Shown: positions 1 through 7,095 of the stretch, in pieces
Layout: the number at the start of each line of letters is the position of its first letter
Numbering within the stretch: position 1 is the stretch's first letter
IMG/VR virus record: IMGVR_UViG_3300045988_121486
Location: 1 to 38,697 of that record
DNA from: a virus
DNA: 38,697 bases
Direction: 5' to 3' (one strand)
The notes under the pieces: model-generated
What the model saw: only the letters and a program-made list of their open reading frames with translations
The model's database searches: none
What the model was told of the DNA's origin: nothing
Position numbers and translations under genes: made by a program

Positions 1-26
1 AAGCGCGAGACGGGGATCGAACCCGC
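1..26 (-). repeat. att core, left copy (duplicated tRNA 3' fragment, not a complete tRNA)
   Basis: Reverse complement is GCGGGTTCGATCCCCGTCTCGCGCTT (T-stem, TTCGATC loop, acceptor strand). Positions 27-100 contain no matching 5' acceptor GCGCGAG, so this copy is partial. Confidence 0.85.
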
Positions 27-139
27 AAAGCATTTTTAATGGAAACGCCGAAAATACAGGAAATGCTGATAAACACTGGAGTTGCAATAACGTTCGAAAT
101 GTACTATACGCGATAAAAATACACTATTTACATAGGTTT

Positions 140-206
140 TGCAACGCAATGCACCATGAATGCAACATGAAATGCAACATGAAATGCAACATGAAATGCA
201 ACATGG
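140..206 (+). repeat. Array of six TGCAAC(A/G)(T/C)(G/A) motifs, four exact TGCAACATG at 12-bp phase; putative integrase arm-type binding sites
   Basis: TGCAACATG at 161, 173, 185 and 197. Degenerate copies at 140 and 150. The array lies between the att core and the int stop codon. The same motif is repeated next to the other att copy. Confidence 0.6.
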
Positions 207-210
207 ATGA

Positions 211-1461
211 TTATGTAGCAATTCGGTGTTCTTCAATAAATTTCATAAACTCTTTCTGACTTTTCTTGCCATCTTCTTTGCCAAAAAGGATAAGCCAGGC
301 TCTGTATTTTTCCCACGGCATATTTTCCGAGATAGGATTTGCAATATTATCAAAATATCCATCAATTTTATTATCAACCGCAGTACGGATTTCGGAGAAG
401 GTCTGGGTGTATACTTTTTTCATGATCTTGTCAGACTTCCAGCCTCCGCGCTCCTGAGCATACTTGTCCGGGATACGCAGAGCTGCCATAACGGATGCGT
501 TCAGGTGACGCAGATCATGAAAGGTCATATGCTTAAATCGGTGCTCGTCTTGGAACTTGATCCACTTGTGATAGATCTGGGCTTCGGTCAGGGTAACAAG
601 TCTGTCTCCTGGAACCTTATCAATCAGAGATTTGATATAGGGCGGAATCCTGTGAGTACGGTTACGGTATTTATTTTTTGCAATTTCTTTGCGGTGATCT
701 TTACCGCCCACAACAACCACAACCTCTGCAATGCGGATGTGATCCCCGGAGATTGATTTTGATTTTGTCAGTCCTCGGATCTCCGACATCGAGAAACTGA
801 GCCAGGCAGCCAGCAGGACCGCTAGCTCCAACTCGTTGCCTTTGATCGCTGGCAGAAGCGCCTCCGCCGGTATCAAATCCGGCACACGATCAGGGACTTC
901 GGGCAGTTCGATGTTGCGCAGGACATCATCCAGAGAGCTTGTATACTTACGGATTACGGATGCAATAAGGCTCCATTCGTTCTGAAGACGCTTTGGGGAA
1001 AGCGTCGCACCTTTTTTTCGGTTGCAAGGACGCTTGGATTCCATATTGACCGATTCCTGCAGGAGTTCCTTGTCCATATCTTTGACACAAATCTGCATCA
1101 GATCCTGAAAACCATTCCGCTGGATACACCTATAATCCTGGATAGTAGTAAGAGATCTGTTCAGGGCCAGCCGGGACTCAATGTATTTGTCAATCAACGC
1201 TGTGAGAGGGAGAAGAGTATAATCTACTTTCTTTTGCTTCGGCTGCTTTGCCAGTTCTTCTTCCTTCTGTAGAATAAATTGCGCTGCTGCAAGTTCTACC
1301 GCTTTTTTGGTGGGTCCGGTAATGGTTTTATATTTTCTTGTCGTCTTCTGTTCGCCATTCGGCAGCAGAACAGGAGTGCCGTCAGCATTATAGACCGGCT
1401 CTGAGTGACTGTATGGCTTAATACACCATGTTCCACTCGGCAGCTTATAGGGTGTTGCCAT
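211..1461 (-). CDS. int: Tyrosine site-specific integrase
   Basis: 416 aa. Box motifs SEIRGL, HDLRH, GGWKS and a downstream VYTQ tyrosine. SD GGAGGA lies upstream. Adjacent to the att core. Confidence 0.93.
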   Translation of the reverse strand: MATPYKLPSGTWCIKPYSHSEPVYNADGTPVLLPNGEQKTTRKYKTITGPTKKAVELAAAQFILQKEEELAKQPKQKKVDYTLLPLTALIDKYIESRLALNRSLTTIQDYRCIQRNGFQDLMQICVKDMDKELLQESVNMESKRPCNRKKGATLSPKRLQNEWSLIASVIRKYTSSLDDVLRNIELPEVPDRVPDLIPAEALLPAIKGNELELAVLLAAWLSFSMSEIRGLTKSKSISGDHIRIAEVVVVVGGKDHRKEIAKNKYRNRTHRIPPYIKSLIDKVPGDRLVTLTEAQIYHKWIKFQDEHRFKHMTFHDLRHLNASVMAALRIPDKYAQERGGWKSDKIMKKVYTQTFSEIRTAVDNKIDGYFDNIANPISENMPWEKYRAWLILFGKEDGKKSQKEFMKFIEEHRIAT

Positions 1462-1473
1462 AGTATCATCCTC

Positions 1474-1519
1474 CTAAAAAATGGGCATAAAAATGCCCGG
1501 TGGGTTGAAATTTCACCGG
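1474..1519 (-). terminator. Two overlapping hairpins followed by a T-run (minus sense) directly upstream of the int RBS
   Basis: Stems CCCGGTG/CACCGGG (1496-1519) and GGGCAT/ATGCCC (1483-1498), then ATTTTTT in minus sense. May insulate or attenuate int from the repressor operon. Confidence 0.4.
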
Positions 1520-1574
1520 GAAAATGATAAAATGCACTTGTTCAAGGTGATTTATCGGTTTACCCGGTAATCGG

Positions 1575-1614
1575 ATCAGCTCTGGTGTTGGAAGCACTGG
1601 GGCTGATTTTTTTA
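1575..1614 (+). terminator. Plus-strand-specific intrinsic terminator between two minus-strand genes
   Basis: 13-bp stem ATCAGCTCTGGTG/CACTGGGGCTGAT, which needs 3 G-U pairs and so folds only in the plus-sense RNA. It is followed by T7. Confidence 0.45.
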
Positions 1615-1621
1615 TTGAAAG

Positions 1622-1635
1622 TTGCACTGGTGCAA
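1622..1635. repeat. One-mismatch variant (TTGCACTGGTGCAA) of the dispersed 14-bp palindrome
   Basis: Differs from TTGCACCGGTGCAA at one central base. Intergenic, downstream of the lysogeny operon. Confidence 0.6.
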
Positions 1636-1660
1636 TTTTTTAAAATGAAGATCACAAATA

Positions 1661-1945
1661 TTATAAGCCGTATATTGTAGCACCAAAAATTTTACCACAA
1701 ACAGGGCAAGAACGTTGATATAGTATATCAGGTAACTTTGGATAATTTTTATTTTTCCCATAAAGAGAAAACACCTGTTGATTATATTGTTTACAGGCAG
1801 TACAATTTCGATTTGCAGAAATAAGCACAGTATCAATATTCCACTCATTAATTTTAGGAATAATGCGTTTCAACGAGACGTTTTCGATATCCGAGGGTAA
1901 CATAGTCGAAGAACGGATACTGTTAAAGATTTTAGTGAATCCCAT
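1661..1945 (-). CDS. Small Cys-rich (CxxC...CxxC) protein of unknown function, last gene of the lysogeny operon
   Basis: Start taken at the second ATG, which has an AAAGGGGA SD (track ORF starts at 1963). Motifs CTACK and CPVCG. Confidence 0.55.
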   Translation of the reverse strand: MGFTKIFNSIRSSTMLPSDIENVSLKRIIPKINEWNIDTVLISANRNCTACKQYNQQVFSLYGKNKNYPKLPDILYQRSCPVCGKIFGATIYGL

Positions 1946-1970
1946 ATAAATTTCCCCTTTCATATATGAA

Positions 1971-2432
1971 TTATATTAGCTCCAACACAGAAACCGGGTC
2001 GAAGTAGATCACGTAGTTATCGTATTGCACGCAGATACCGTACTTGCTCCGATAGCATTGCAGGGCCTCATGCAGAAACTCCTCTGTGACACCCAGGTAA
2101 TCAGCCATCTCATAAGAGGTAGTATAGTGTGCCTTATGGCAGGAGATGATGCCGTGTAGTCCGATCAGTTTGTTGTAACTCCAGAGACGCGCCCGGAGCT
2201 CCTGCTTGCGGTTGGCATCGGAGGACTGATCGATAATGTCTCCGACGGTAGTGTGGTAATGACCAAGTTCTTCGGCAAGCACGCAGGCTCTCTTTGTAGA
2301 TTGCCGCACGGTCCGGTTAATACCGATCACATCATTACGAATCAGACCGTCTGCCAGGGATTGGAACGGAGCATCTTCTATTACATATACATTTTCATCG
2401 GCAGCTTCCTGCAGTAAGTTCTCATAGGTCAA
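1971..2432 (-). CDS. ImmA/IrrE-like (DUF955-type) metallopeptidase domain protein
   Basis: LAEELGHYH motif, an HExxH-like site with the first His replaced. Translationally coupled downstream of the XRE repressor, the usual ImmR/ImmA arrangement. Confidence 0.7.
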   Translation of the reverse strand: MTYENLLQEAADENVYVIEDAPFQSLADGLIRNDVIGINRTVRQSTKRACVLAEELGHYHTTVGDIIDQSSDANRKQELRARLWSYNKLIGLHGIISCHKAHYTTSYEMADYLGVTEEFLHEALQCYRSKYGICVQYDNYVIYFDPVSVLELI

Positions 2433-2920
2433 TTCGCATCATCCTTTTTTTTAGGTCTTTTCAGAAGGTTCATATCAGTCTGCATCTTTTCTGTCTCATC
2501 AGGATCATCGGCATGATCATTGCGAGCAGCAGCCAAGAGGGTATCGTATGGAATCGCCATTGGAATAGCAACAGCTTTATGGTTAGCGGAATATTGCAAA
2601 ATCTGAGATAATTCTGATATTCGTTTTAACGCCTCTGCTTTTCCCTCCGGATTTAAAATATTGTAGAATTCACATATTCTTTCAAACGTTTCATCGATGG
2701 ATATGTCGGTATCTGGATCATCCCACCCCATAAGTTCTTGCGGAGTAATTTTTAATGCCTTTGCAAACTCACGGATTTTTGACTCTGCCAGATCGACTTC
2801 ACCCTTTTCGATTTTGGCGATGGAAGATCTATCCTTATACCCAGTTAGTTCTGCGAGACGATCCTGAGACATCTTTAACTCCAAACGTCGAGCTTTAATA
2901 TTCTTATATAGAGCAAGCAT
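2429..2920 (-). CDS. XRE-family HTH repressor (CI-like)
   Basis: N-terminal MSQDRLAELTGYKDRSSIAKIEKGE helix-turn-helix. Strong SD AAGGAAGGAG. Divergent from the cro-like gene. Confidence 0.88.
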   Translation of the reverse strand: MLALYKNIKARRLELKMSQDRLAELTGYKDRSSIAKIEKGEVDLAESKIREFAKALKITPQELMGWDDPDTDISIDETFERICEFYNILNPEGKAEALKRISELSQILQYSANHKAVAIPMAIPYDTLLAAARNDHADDPDETEKMQTDMNLLKRPKKKDDAN

Positions 2921-2953
2921 GGCTGCACTCCTTCCTTAAGTTGTTGTAAGCCT

Positions 2954-2982
2954 ATAATAGCACTTTGTGTAAAATAATTCAA
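2954..2982 (-). promoter_or_regulatory. Putative repressor-operon promoter
   Basis: Minus sense: TTGAAT, 17 nt spacer, TATTAT. Confidence 0.5.
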
Positions 2983-3000
2983 CAAAATTATTAAAAACTG

Positions 3001-3029
3001 TTGACACAAATTCACACTGGTGATATAGT
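3001..3029 (+). promoter_or_regulatory. Putative early lytic promoter
   Basis: TTGACA (3001-3006), 17 nt spacer, TATAGT (3024-3029), with TG at -15/-14. Confidence 0.65.
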
Positions 3030-3042
3030 GAATTTAGTTCAC
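3028..3042. promoter_or_regulatory. Operator-like dyad GTGAA-N5-TTCAC overlapping the -10 and start of the early promoter
   Basis: GTGAATTTAGTTCAC. A further TTCAC half-site lies at 3011-3015. Confidence 0.5.
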
Positions 3043-3062
3043 GAAAAGGAGATGATTAAAAA

Positions 3063-3263
3063 GTGGCAAATGTGGAACTGCTTAAAAAGAAAATAAGTGA
3101 TTCTGGGATGACTGTGTCTGCGATAGCTGATAAATCCGGCATTTTGAGAGAGACATTGTATAACAGGATGAAATCCGGCAATTTTTATGCTTCAGAAATT
3201 GTGGCATTAACCAATGTGCTTCGTCTTACCAGAAAAGAAAGAGATGATATTTTTTTGCCTTAA
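3063..3263 (+). CDS. Small HTH protein, Cro-like or antirepressor-like
   Basis: 66 aa with a GTG start 10 nt after AGGAG. First gene of the rightward early operon. MTVSAIADKSGILRETLYNRM looks like an HTH. Confidence 0.65.
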   Translation: MANVELLKKKISDSGMTVSAIADKSGILRETLYNRMKSGNFYASEIVALTNVLRLTRKERDDIFLP

Positions 3264-3266
3264 TAT

Positions 3267-3281
3267 GTGAATATAATTCAC
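3267..3281. promoter_or_regulatory. Second GTGAA-N5-TTCAC dyad, downstream of the cro-like gene
   Basis: GTGAATATAATTCAC, with the same half-sites and spacing as 3028-3042. Confidence 0.45.
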
Positions 3282-3309
3282 TATACGGATAGGGAAGGAG
3301 GCAGCAGGG

Positions 3310-3492
3310 GTGAAGGACCCACATAAGCTTAAAATCGTGGCTTCTGATAAATCATCATTCGAGATCTGGTTGGATGATAAACAGATCCACCATGTAAAAG
3401 AATATGAACTGAAGAAAGTGGAAAAAGGAAATCTGGTGGAATTAACTCTGAAATTGTTGGTCAAATATCCTAACCAAGAAAGTAATCAGTAG
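3310..3492 (+). CDS. Hypothetical protein
   Basis: 60 aa with a GTG start after GGAGGCAGCAGGG. No recognisable motif. Confidence 0.4.
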   Translation: MKDPHKLKIVASDKSSFEIWLDDKQIHHVKEYELKKVEKGNLVELTLKLLVKYPNQESNQ

Positions 3493-3835
3493 CAGCACGC
3501 TTTGCAAGTTCCATAAGAATAGAGAGTGAAGCATCAGTGGCTTTTGATTTTACTTTATTCCATAAGGACTTAGCCCGGATATTAGCCAGAAATTCATGTC
3601 CAAGAGGTGTGAGATCACCAATTAAAACTGTAGCACCTCCGTCGTAGTAATGGACATTTTCAATGAGACCGGATACACTGGCCTGTTTTATGTGATAAAC
3701 AATTTCTTCATGGGAAAACTCAGCAAGATATTCTGACTCAAAAGTATCTCGATCATACTCCCACGGAGTATCAAAATTACATTTTTCTTCTACGGTCAGA
3801 AGGATTCCGCGAATACAGTCGGGGTTAAGTTTCAT
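3470..3835 (-). CDS. DUF2513-like hypothetical protein (minus strand inside the early region)
   Basis: Start moved to MKLNPDCIRGILL, which has an AAGGAG SD. The 52-aa upstream extension in the track ORF looks non-coding. Confidence 0.6.
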   Translation of the reverse strand: MKLNPDCIRGILLTVEEKCNFDTPWEYDRDTFESEYLAEFSHEEIVYHIKQASVSGLIENVHYYDGGATVLIGDLTPLGHEFLANIRAKSLWNKVKSKATDASLSILMELAKRAATDYFLG

Positions 3836-3929
3836 AGCGTATCTCCTTAAAGTGTGACAAGTTATTGAAATTATTATAGGAGAAAACAAAACGTAATACA
3901 ACAGAATATTCAGGAAGGAGACAGCAGAA

Positions 3930-4034
3930 ATGGAGAGAATCGACAGATTATATGCTCTGCTGGAGCGTGATGACATTGACGAGGACACCAAGGCGGCGCT
4001 GCGGTGGGCAATATTCGAACTGGAGAGGAAGTGA
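3930..4034 (+). CDS. Possible 34-aa small protein
   Basis: ATG 9 nt after AGGAAGGAGA. MERIDRLYALLERDDIDEDTKAALRWAIFELERK. Too short for the ORF track. Confidence 0.35.
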   Translation: MERIDRLYALLERDDIDEDTKAALRWAIFELERK

Positions 4035-4039
4035 AAAGG

Positions 4040-4333
4040 ATGCCGAAATCCAATTTCTTGAAAACAGAATCTGTGAGAATGAAATATGAAGCCAGGGCGC
4101 AGGCAGGCATCAGACGGTACATGTCACTGCGCCGGATCACGGACGATAAGATCGCGGCAAAGCAGAATGTGCAGGCAAGGACGATTCAAAACCGCATAAA
4201 GGATCCCGGATCTATGCAGTTAAGAGACCTGTGGGATCTGGCGGAGATCTTAGATGCTCCGGTGGGAGAACTGGCCGGCGGAGATCTGCCGGAGGAAATG
4301 ATGGCAAAGTTGATGCAAATGAAATTTGACTAA
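4040..4333 (+). CDS. HTH DNA-binding protein (XRE-like)
   Basis: IAAKQNVQARTIQNRIKDPGSMQLRDLWDLAEILDAPVGEL. Start is uncertain (4004, 4031 or 4040). Confidence 0.55.
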   Translation: MPKSNFLKTESVRMKYEARAQAGIRRYMSLRRITDDKIAAKQNVQARTIQNRIKDPGSMQLRDLWDLAEILDAPVGELAGGDLPEEMMAKLMQMKFD

Positions 4334-4345
4334 AGATTTTGTGCC

Positions 4346-4587
4346 GTGCCCTGTACGTGGTGTATTCCCAACACCACACTCCCCTTTTACACTTTTAGCG
4401 TGTGTGTCCAGGCTTCCACACCTGGGCACCACGTAGAGGGCATGGACAAACATAGATCACGCTTTGCGCGTGGTGTCTTATGACAGCACCACGTCCCCCG
4501 TAGACATGTCGCTCCTGCTATGGCGACATGGAACCTCTTTCGGTGTCCGGTAGATCAGCGCCGGGCACCACGCGGAGAGCGTGATCG
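4346..4587 (+). other. Structured non-coding region: two long inverted-repeat pairs built around CACCACG/CGTGGTG
   Basis: Arms 4347-4362/4427-4442 match 15 of 16. Arms 4455-4475/4567-4587 match 19 of 21. Inner hairpin CATGTCGC/GCGACATG at 4505-4530. GGGCACCACG occurs exactly twice. Confidence 0.6.
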
Positions 4588-4600
4588 GAAAGGGATAAAC

Positions 4601-4891
4601 ATGGAAATGATTAAGTATTGTGCCAAGGAAGTTGTGAAAAACAAAGACGGTCACAAATACTGGGAAGCCAGCAATTCGCAACTGGCCGGGTATGTCTATG
4701 ATGAAGTGAAGCAGTCAGTGCCGGAGGCGAAATATTATAACTTTGAAGGTTTACAGATCATTACAACGAATGACAAGCAGGAGCAGTCATTGCTGAGCAC
4801 GCTGGAAGTAATGGAGGACCTTTGTAATGAAAGGATAATCCAGATACATAGACTGAGAGATCAGATATACGGAGGGGCTACGGATGTATAA
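4601..4891 (+). CDS. Hypothetical protein
   Basis: Start at MEMIKYCAKE after GGAAAGGGA. The track ORF extension runs through the structured region. Confidence 0.5.
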   Translation: MEMIKYCAKEVVKNKDGHKYWEASNSQLAGYVYDEVKQSVPEAKYYNFEGLQIITTNDKQEQSLLSTLEVMEDLCNERIIQIHRLRDQIYGGATDV

Positions 4892-5210
4892 AAATATTGC
4901 GATATCACTCCTCGGAGCGTGGGTTTTGAGGGATGTTTTTGGGACAACAGAAGTAAGAGAGCAGATCGCCATAGTCATGGGTTTGGCGGCTATGCTTTTT
5001 ATTTTTTTGCTTTTTTGCGAGGATCAGCTGGAAAAATTGCAGAAAAAGCAGAAAAGGATCCGGGAACTGGAACGGAAACTGGAAGAATTGAAGGGAGGGA
5101 AAACGGATGAAAACAGAACAGTACTACATGGACAAGCTGTTGAAGATGGGGGACGAATTTACGAAAGCGGTGATCCGGAAGGACTGGTTTCAGGCGAAGT
5201 ATCTGTATGA
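4884..5210 (+). CDS. Hypothetical membrane and coiled-coil protein
   Basis: Two hydrophobic segments, then a KLQKKQKRIRELERKLEEL coiled coil. The 3' end overlaps the next gene by about 100 nt, so the true stop or frame is uncertain. Confidence 0.4.
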   Translation: MYKNIAISLLGAWVLRDVFGTTEVREQIAIVMGLAAMLFIFLLFCEDQLEKLQKKQKRIRELERKLEELKGGKTDENRTVLHGQAVEDGGRIYESGDPEGLVSGEVSV

Positions 5211-5487
5211 CAAGGCAAGCACCGTTGCAGTGTTTCTGGAAGCACCGCAGGAAGTCAGAGAAAAGCTGTTTGGGCGATACAACGAGGAACGAGACGAGAA
5301 GGAGCAGGGTGCCTTTGATGACCGCTCCATAGCAAAGGTTATGAGGGAATGCCTGATCAAGAACAACCTGGGTTTTGAGTGCATGGTCTACCGGATCCCG
5401 GGCGAGGCAGGCTACTTCGGAGCCAGACCTGCGGAAGATGGTTATTACATGCCAGCCAATCAGAACCCGGCATATTTCGCACAATAA
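5107..5487 (+). CDS. Hypothetical protein
   Basis: 126 aa with SD GGGAGGGA upstream. Confidence 0.5.
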   Translation: MKTEQYYMDKLLKMGDEFTKAVIRKDWFQAKYLYDKASTVAVFLEAPQEVREKLFGRYNEERDEKEQGAFDDRSIAKVMRECLIKNNLGFECMVYRIPGEAGYFGARPAEDGYYMPANQNPAYFAQ

Positions 5488-5513
5488 AAAAGCCGGCATT
5501 TGGCGATGCCGGC
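5486..5513 (-). terminator. Minus-oriented terminator-like hairpin in the rep leader
   Basis: GCCGGCAT/ATGCCGGC 8-bp stem, followed by T6 only in minus sense. Confidence 0.4.
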
Positions 5514-5576
5514 CAGCTCACAGAGCTACTTATATAGACAAGATAAGTATACCTCTGTAAGCCGGAAAAGTCAAGC

Positions 5577-5600
5577 AAAATGGGGCTTTTTGAAAGCCCC
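5577..5600 (-). terminator. Second minus-oriented terminator-like hairpin in the rep leader
   Basis: GGGGCTTT/AAAGCCCC stem, followed by TTTT only in minus sense. Confidence 0.35.
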
Positions 5601-5641
5601 TGCGCACTTGATAAAGATATTAAAGTTAGGATACAGAGGCA

Positions 5642-6439
5642 ATGGTAAAGCGAAAGAAAATGAGGTTAAGACATGGGGATGTCCTGGACGTGGGAGAGTA
5701 CCATGATGGCAATTATGGATCCCCAGGGAAGAGCAGACAGAAGAAGGAGAAGCCGACCAAGGAACAGGTGCGGCTGATAAATCAGAGGAACAAGGTCAGA
5801 AGATGTAGATGGAGACTGATCCAGTACTTTGATCAGGGAGATCTGTTTATCACATGGACCTATGAGGTCGGGAACCGTCCACCAGATATGGCAGGAGCAC
5901 TGAAGGACTTCCGGGCGGCAATCATCAAGATCCGGAAGATCTACCGGGCAAGGGGTATCCCACTCTACTGGATCAGGAACATAGAAAAGGGAACCAAGGG
6001 AGCCTGGCATATCCACCTTGTGATCAAGCAGACACCGGAGGGTAATGCGGCTGCTATCGTGACCAAGGCATGGACAAAGGGCGGCACCTACGTGGCAGAG
6101 ATCCGCAACAGCAAGTTTACCGGAGATGACATGGAGCAGCTGGCAGGGTATCTGACCAAGGACGAGCACACTGCAGAGCAACGGGCGGACGGTACACCAG
6201 GTAAACCAAGGATTGCAGAGTCTGCCTACAATACCAGTCGCAATATGCCGCTTCCAGAGCCTAAGACGGACAAGCTGGTCCGCTGGAAGCCGGAGGTGAA
6301 GCCACCCAAGGGATATTACATAGCCAGGATGCATGAGGGCATCAATTCGGTCACGGGATTTTTATACAGGAGTTACACACTGATCAGGTTAAAAACACAG
6401 GAGCGGAAGAAACCGCCGAACAGGGTAAGGAGGTGTTGA
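5642..6439 (+). CDS. HUH-superfamily rolling-circle replication initiator (Rep)
   Basis: The three RCR motifs appear in the canonical order: FITWTY (5846-5863), HIHLVI (6008-6025) and YLTK (6149-6160). Confidence 0.65.
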   Translation: MVKRKKMRLRHGDVLDVGEYHDGNYGSPGKSRQKKEKPTKEQVRLINQRNKVRRCRWRLIQYFDQGDLFITWTYEVGNRPPDMAGALKDFRAAIIKIRKIYRARGIPLYWIRNIEKGTKGAWHIHLVIKQTPEGNAAAIVTKAWTKGGTYVAEIRNSKFTGDDMEQLAGYLTKDEHTAEQRADGTPGKPRIAESAYNTSRNMPLPEPKTDKLVRWKPEVKPPKGYYIARMHEGINSVTGFLYRSYTLIRLKTQERKKPPNRVRRC

Positions 6440-6930
6440 TTTTGGAAAATGAATTGAAAGTAGTGGATATCTTTATAGGCACGACTCTCCGGGGATCTGC
6501 AAAGGGATCCGGACGGGTAATGTATATCATGAGGACCAAGCGCAAGAACGGCAGCGACTATGAAGCTGCTCCGCAGATCGCAGAGTATGACGATACCACG
6601 GAGAGCGCATCCGTCCTTTATGCTATCCGGGATGCACTGCAGCGTCTCAACTATGCCTGCACTGTGGTGATCCACACCGAGTGCAGCAATGTGGCAGCAG
6701 CCATACAGCAGCACTGGCCGCAGCACTGGCAACGGAACAATTGGAAGAGTGCCAAAGGAAACCCCGTAAAAAATGCAATCTTGTGGGAAATGCTCCTGCA
6801 GGAGGTTGAGGACGGTGGTCACATTCTGCTGGCGGAAAGCGAAAAACACGAATATGCAGAGTGGATGCGCTTTAATCTGCCGCTGAAACGGGCATTAAAA
6901 GACATTTTCACAGAAGTGCCAAAAAACTGA
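6433..6930 (+). CDS. RNase H-like fold protein with a degenerate active site
   Basis: WQRNNWKSAKGNPVKNAILWEML resembles the RNase HI WKKRGWKTADKKPVKN segment. By eye, the catalytic positions read FIGTT (not FTDGS), TTESASVL (not TTNNRMEL) and HTEC (not STDS). Start uncertain (6433-6442). Confidence 0.5.
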   Translation: MLILENELKVVDIFIGTTLRGSAKGSGRVMYIMRTKRKNGSDYEAAPQIAEYDDTTESASVLYAIRDALQRLNYACTVVIHTECSNVAAAIQQHWPQHWQRNNWKSAKGNPVKNAILWEMLLQEVEDGGHILLAESEKHEYAEWMRFNLPLKRALKDIFTEVPKN

Positions 6931-6962
6931 CAGTATGAGTAGAGTACTCATGTTAGAGACGA

Positions 6963-6982
6963 TTTTGTTGACGTCAACAAAA
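6963..6982. promoter_or_regulatory. Perfect 20-bp palindrome TTTTGTTGACGTCAACAAAA overlapping a possible -35
   Basis: Read directly from the sequence. TTGACG, 18 nt spacer, then TATAAC follows. Confidence 0.5.
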
Positions 6983-7063
6983 CATAAAAAATATAACAAT
7001 TTGACAGAAAAGTGAACCGTACACAATGCTTGTACGGTTGAACTACCGAGAAAAATTCGGAAG

Positions 7064-7077
7064 TTGCACCGGTGCAA
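7064..7077. repeat. Dispersed palindrome TTGCACCGGTGCAA, copy A (intergenic, 19 nt before the 7096 start)
   Basis: Exact 14-mer. The 24 nt at 7058-7081 are identical to 11147-11170. Confidence 0.9.
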
Positions 7078-7095
7078 CCGGGGAAAGGAGACCAG

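Noticed and set aside
140-206. Possible CRISPR array (short tandem repeats)
   Set aside because: The 12-bp units are directly abutting with no spacers, and there are no cas genes. The arrangement fits integrase arm sites.
36-236. 66-aa minus-strand ORF with a CCISCCISCCIS repeat
   Set aside because: It is the translation of the 12-bp tandem TGCAACATGAAA arm-type repeats. It has no RBS and lies between the att core and the int stop.
3836-3991. N-terminal 52-aa extension of the 3470..3991 ORF
   Set aside because: The extension is hydrophobic and low-complexity, and lacks an SD. An internal ATG at 3835 has AAGGAG and starts the conserved MKLNPDCIRG sequence.
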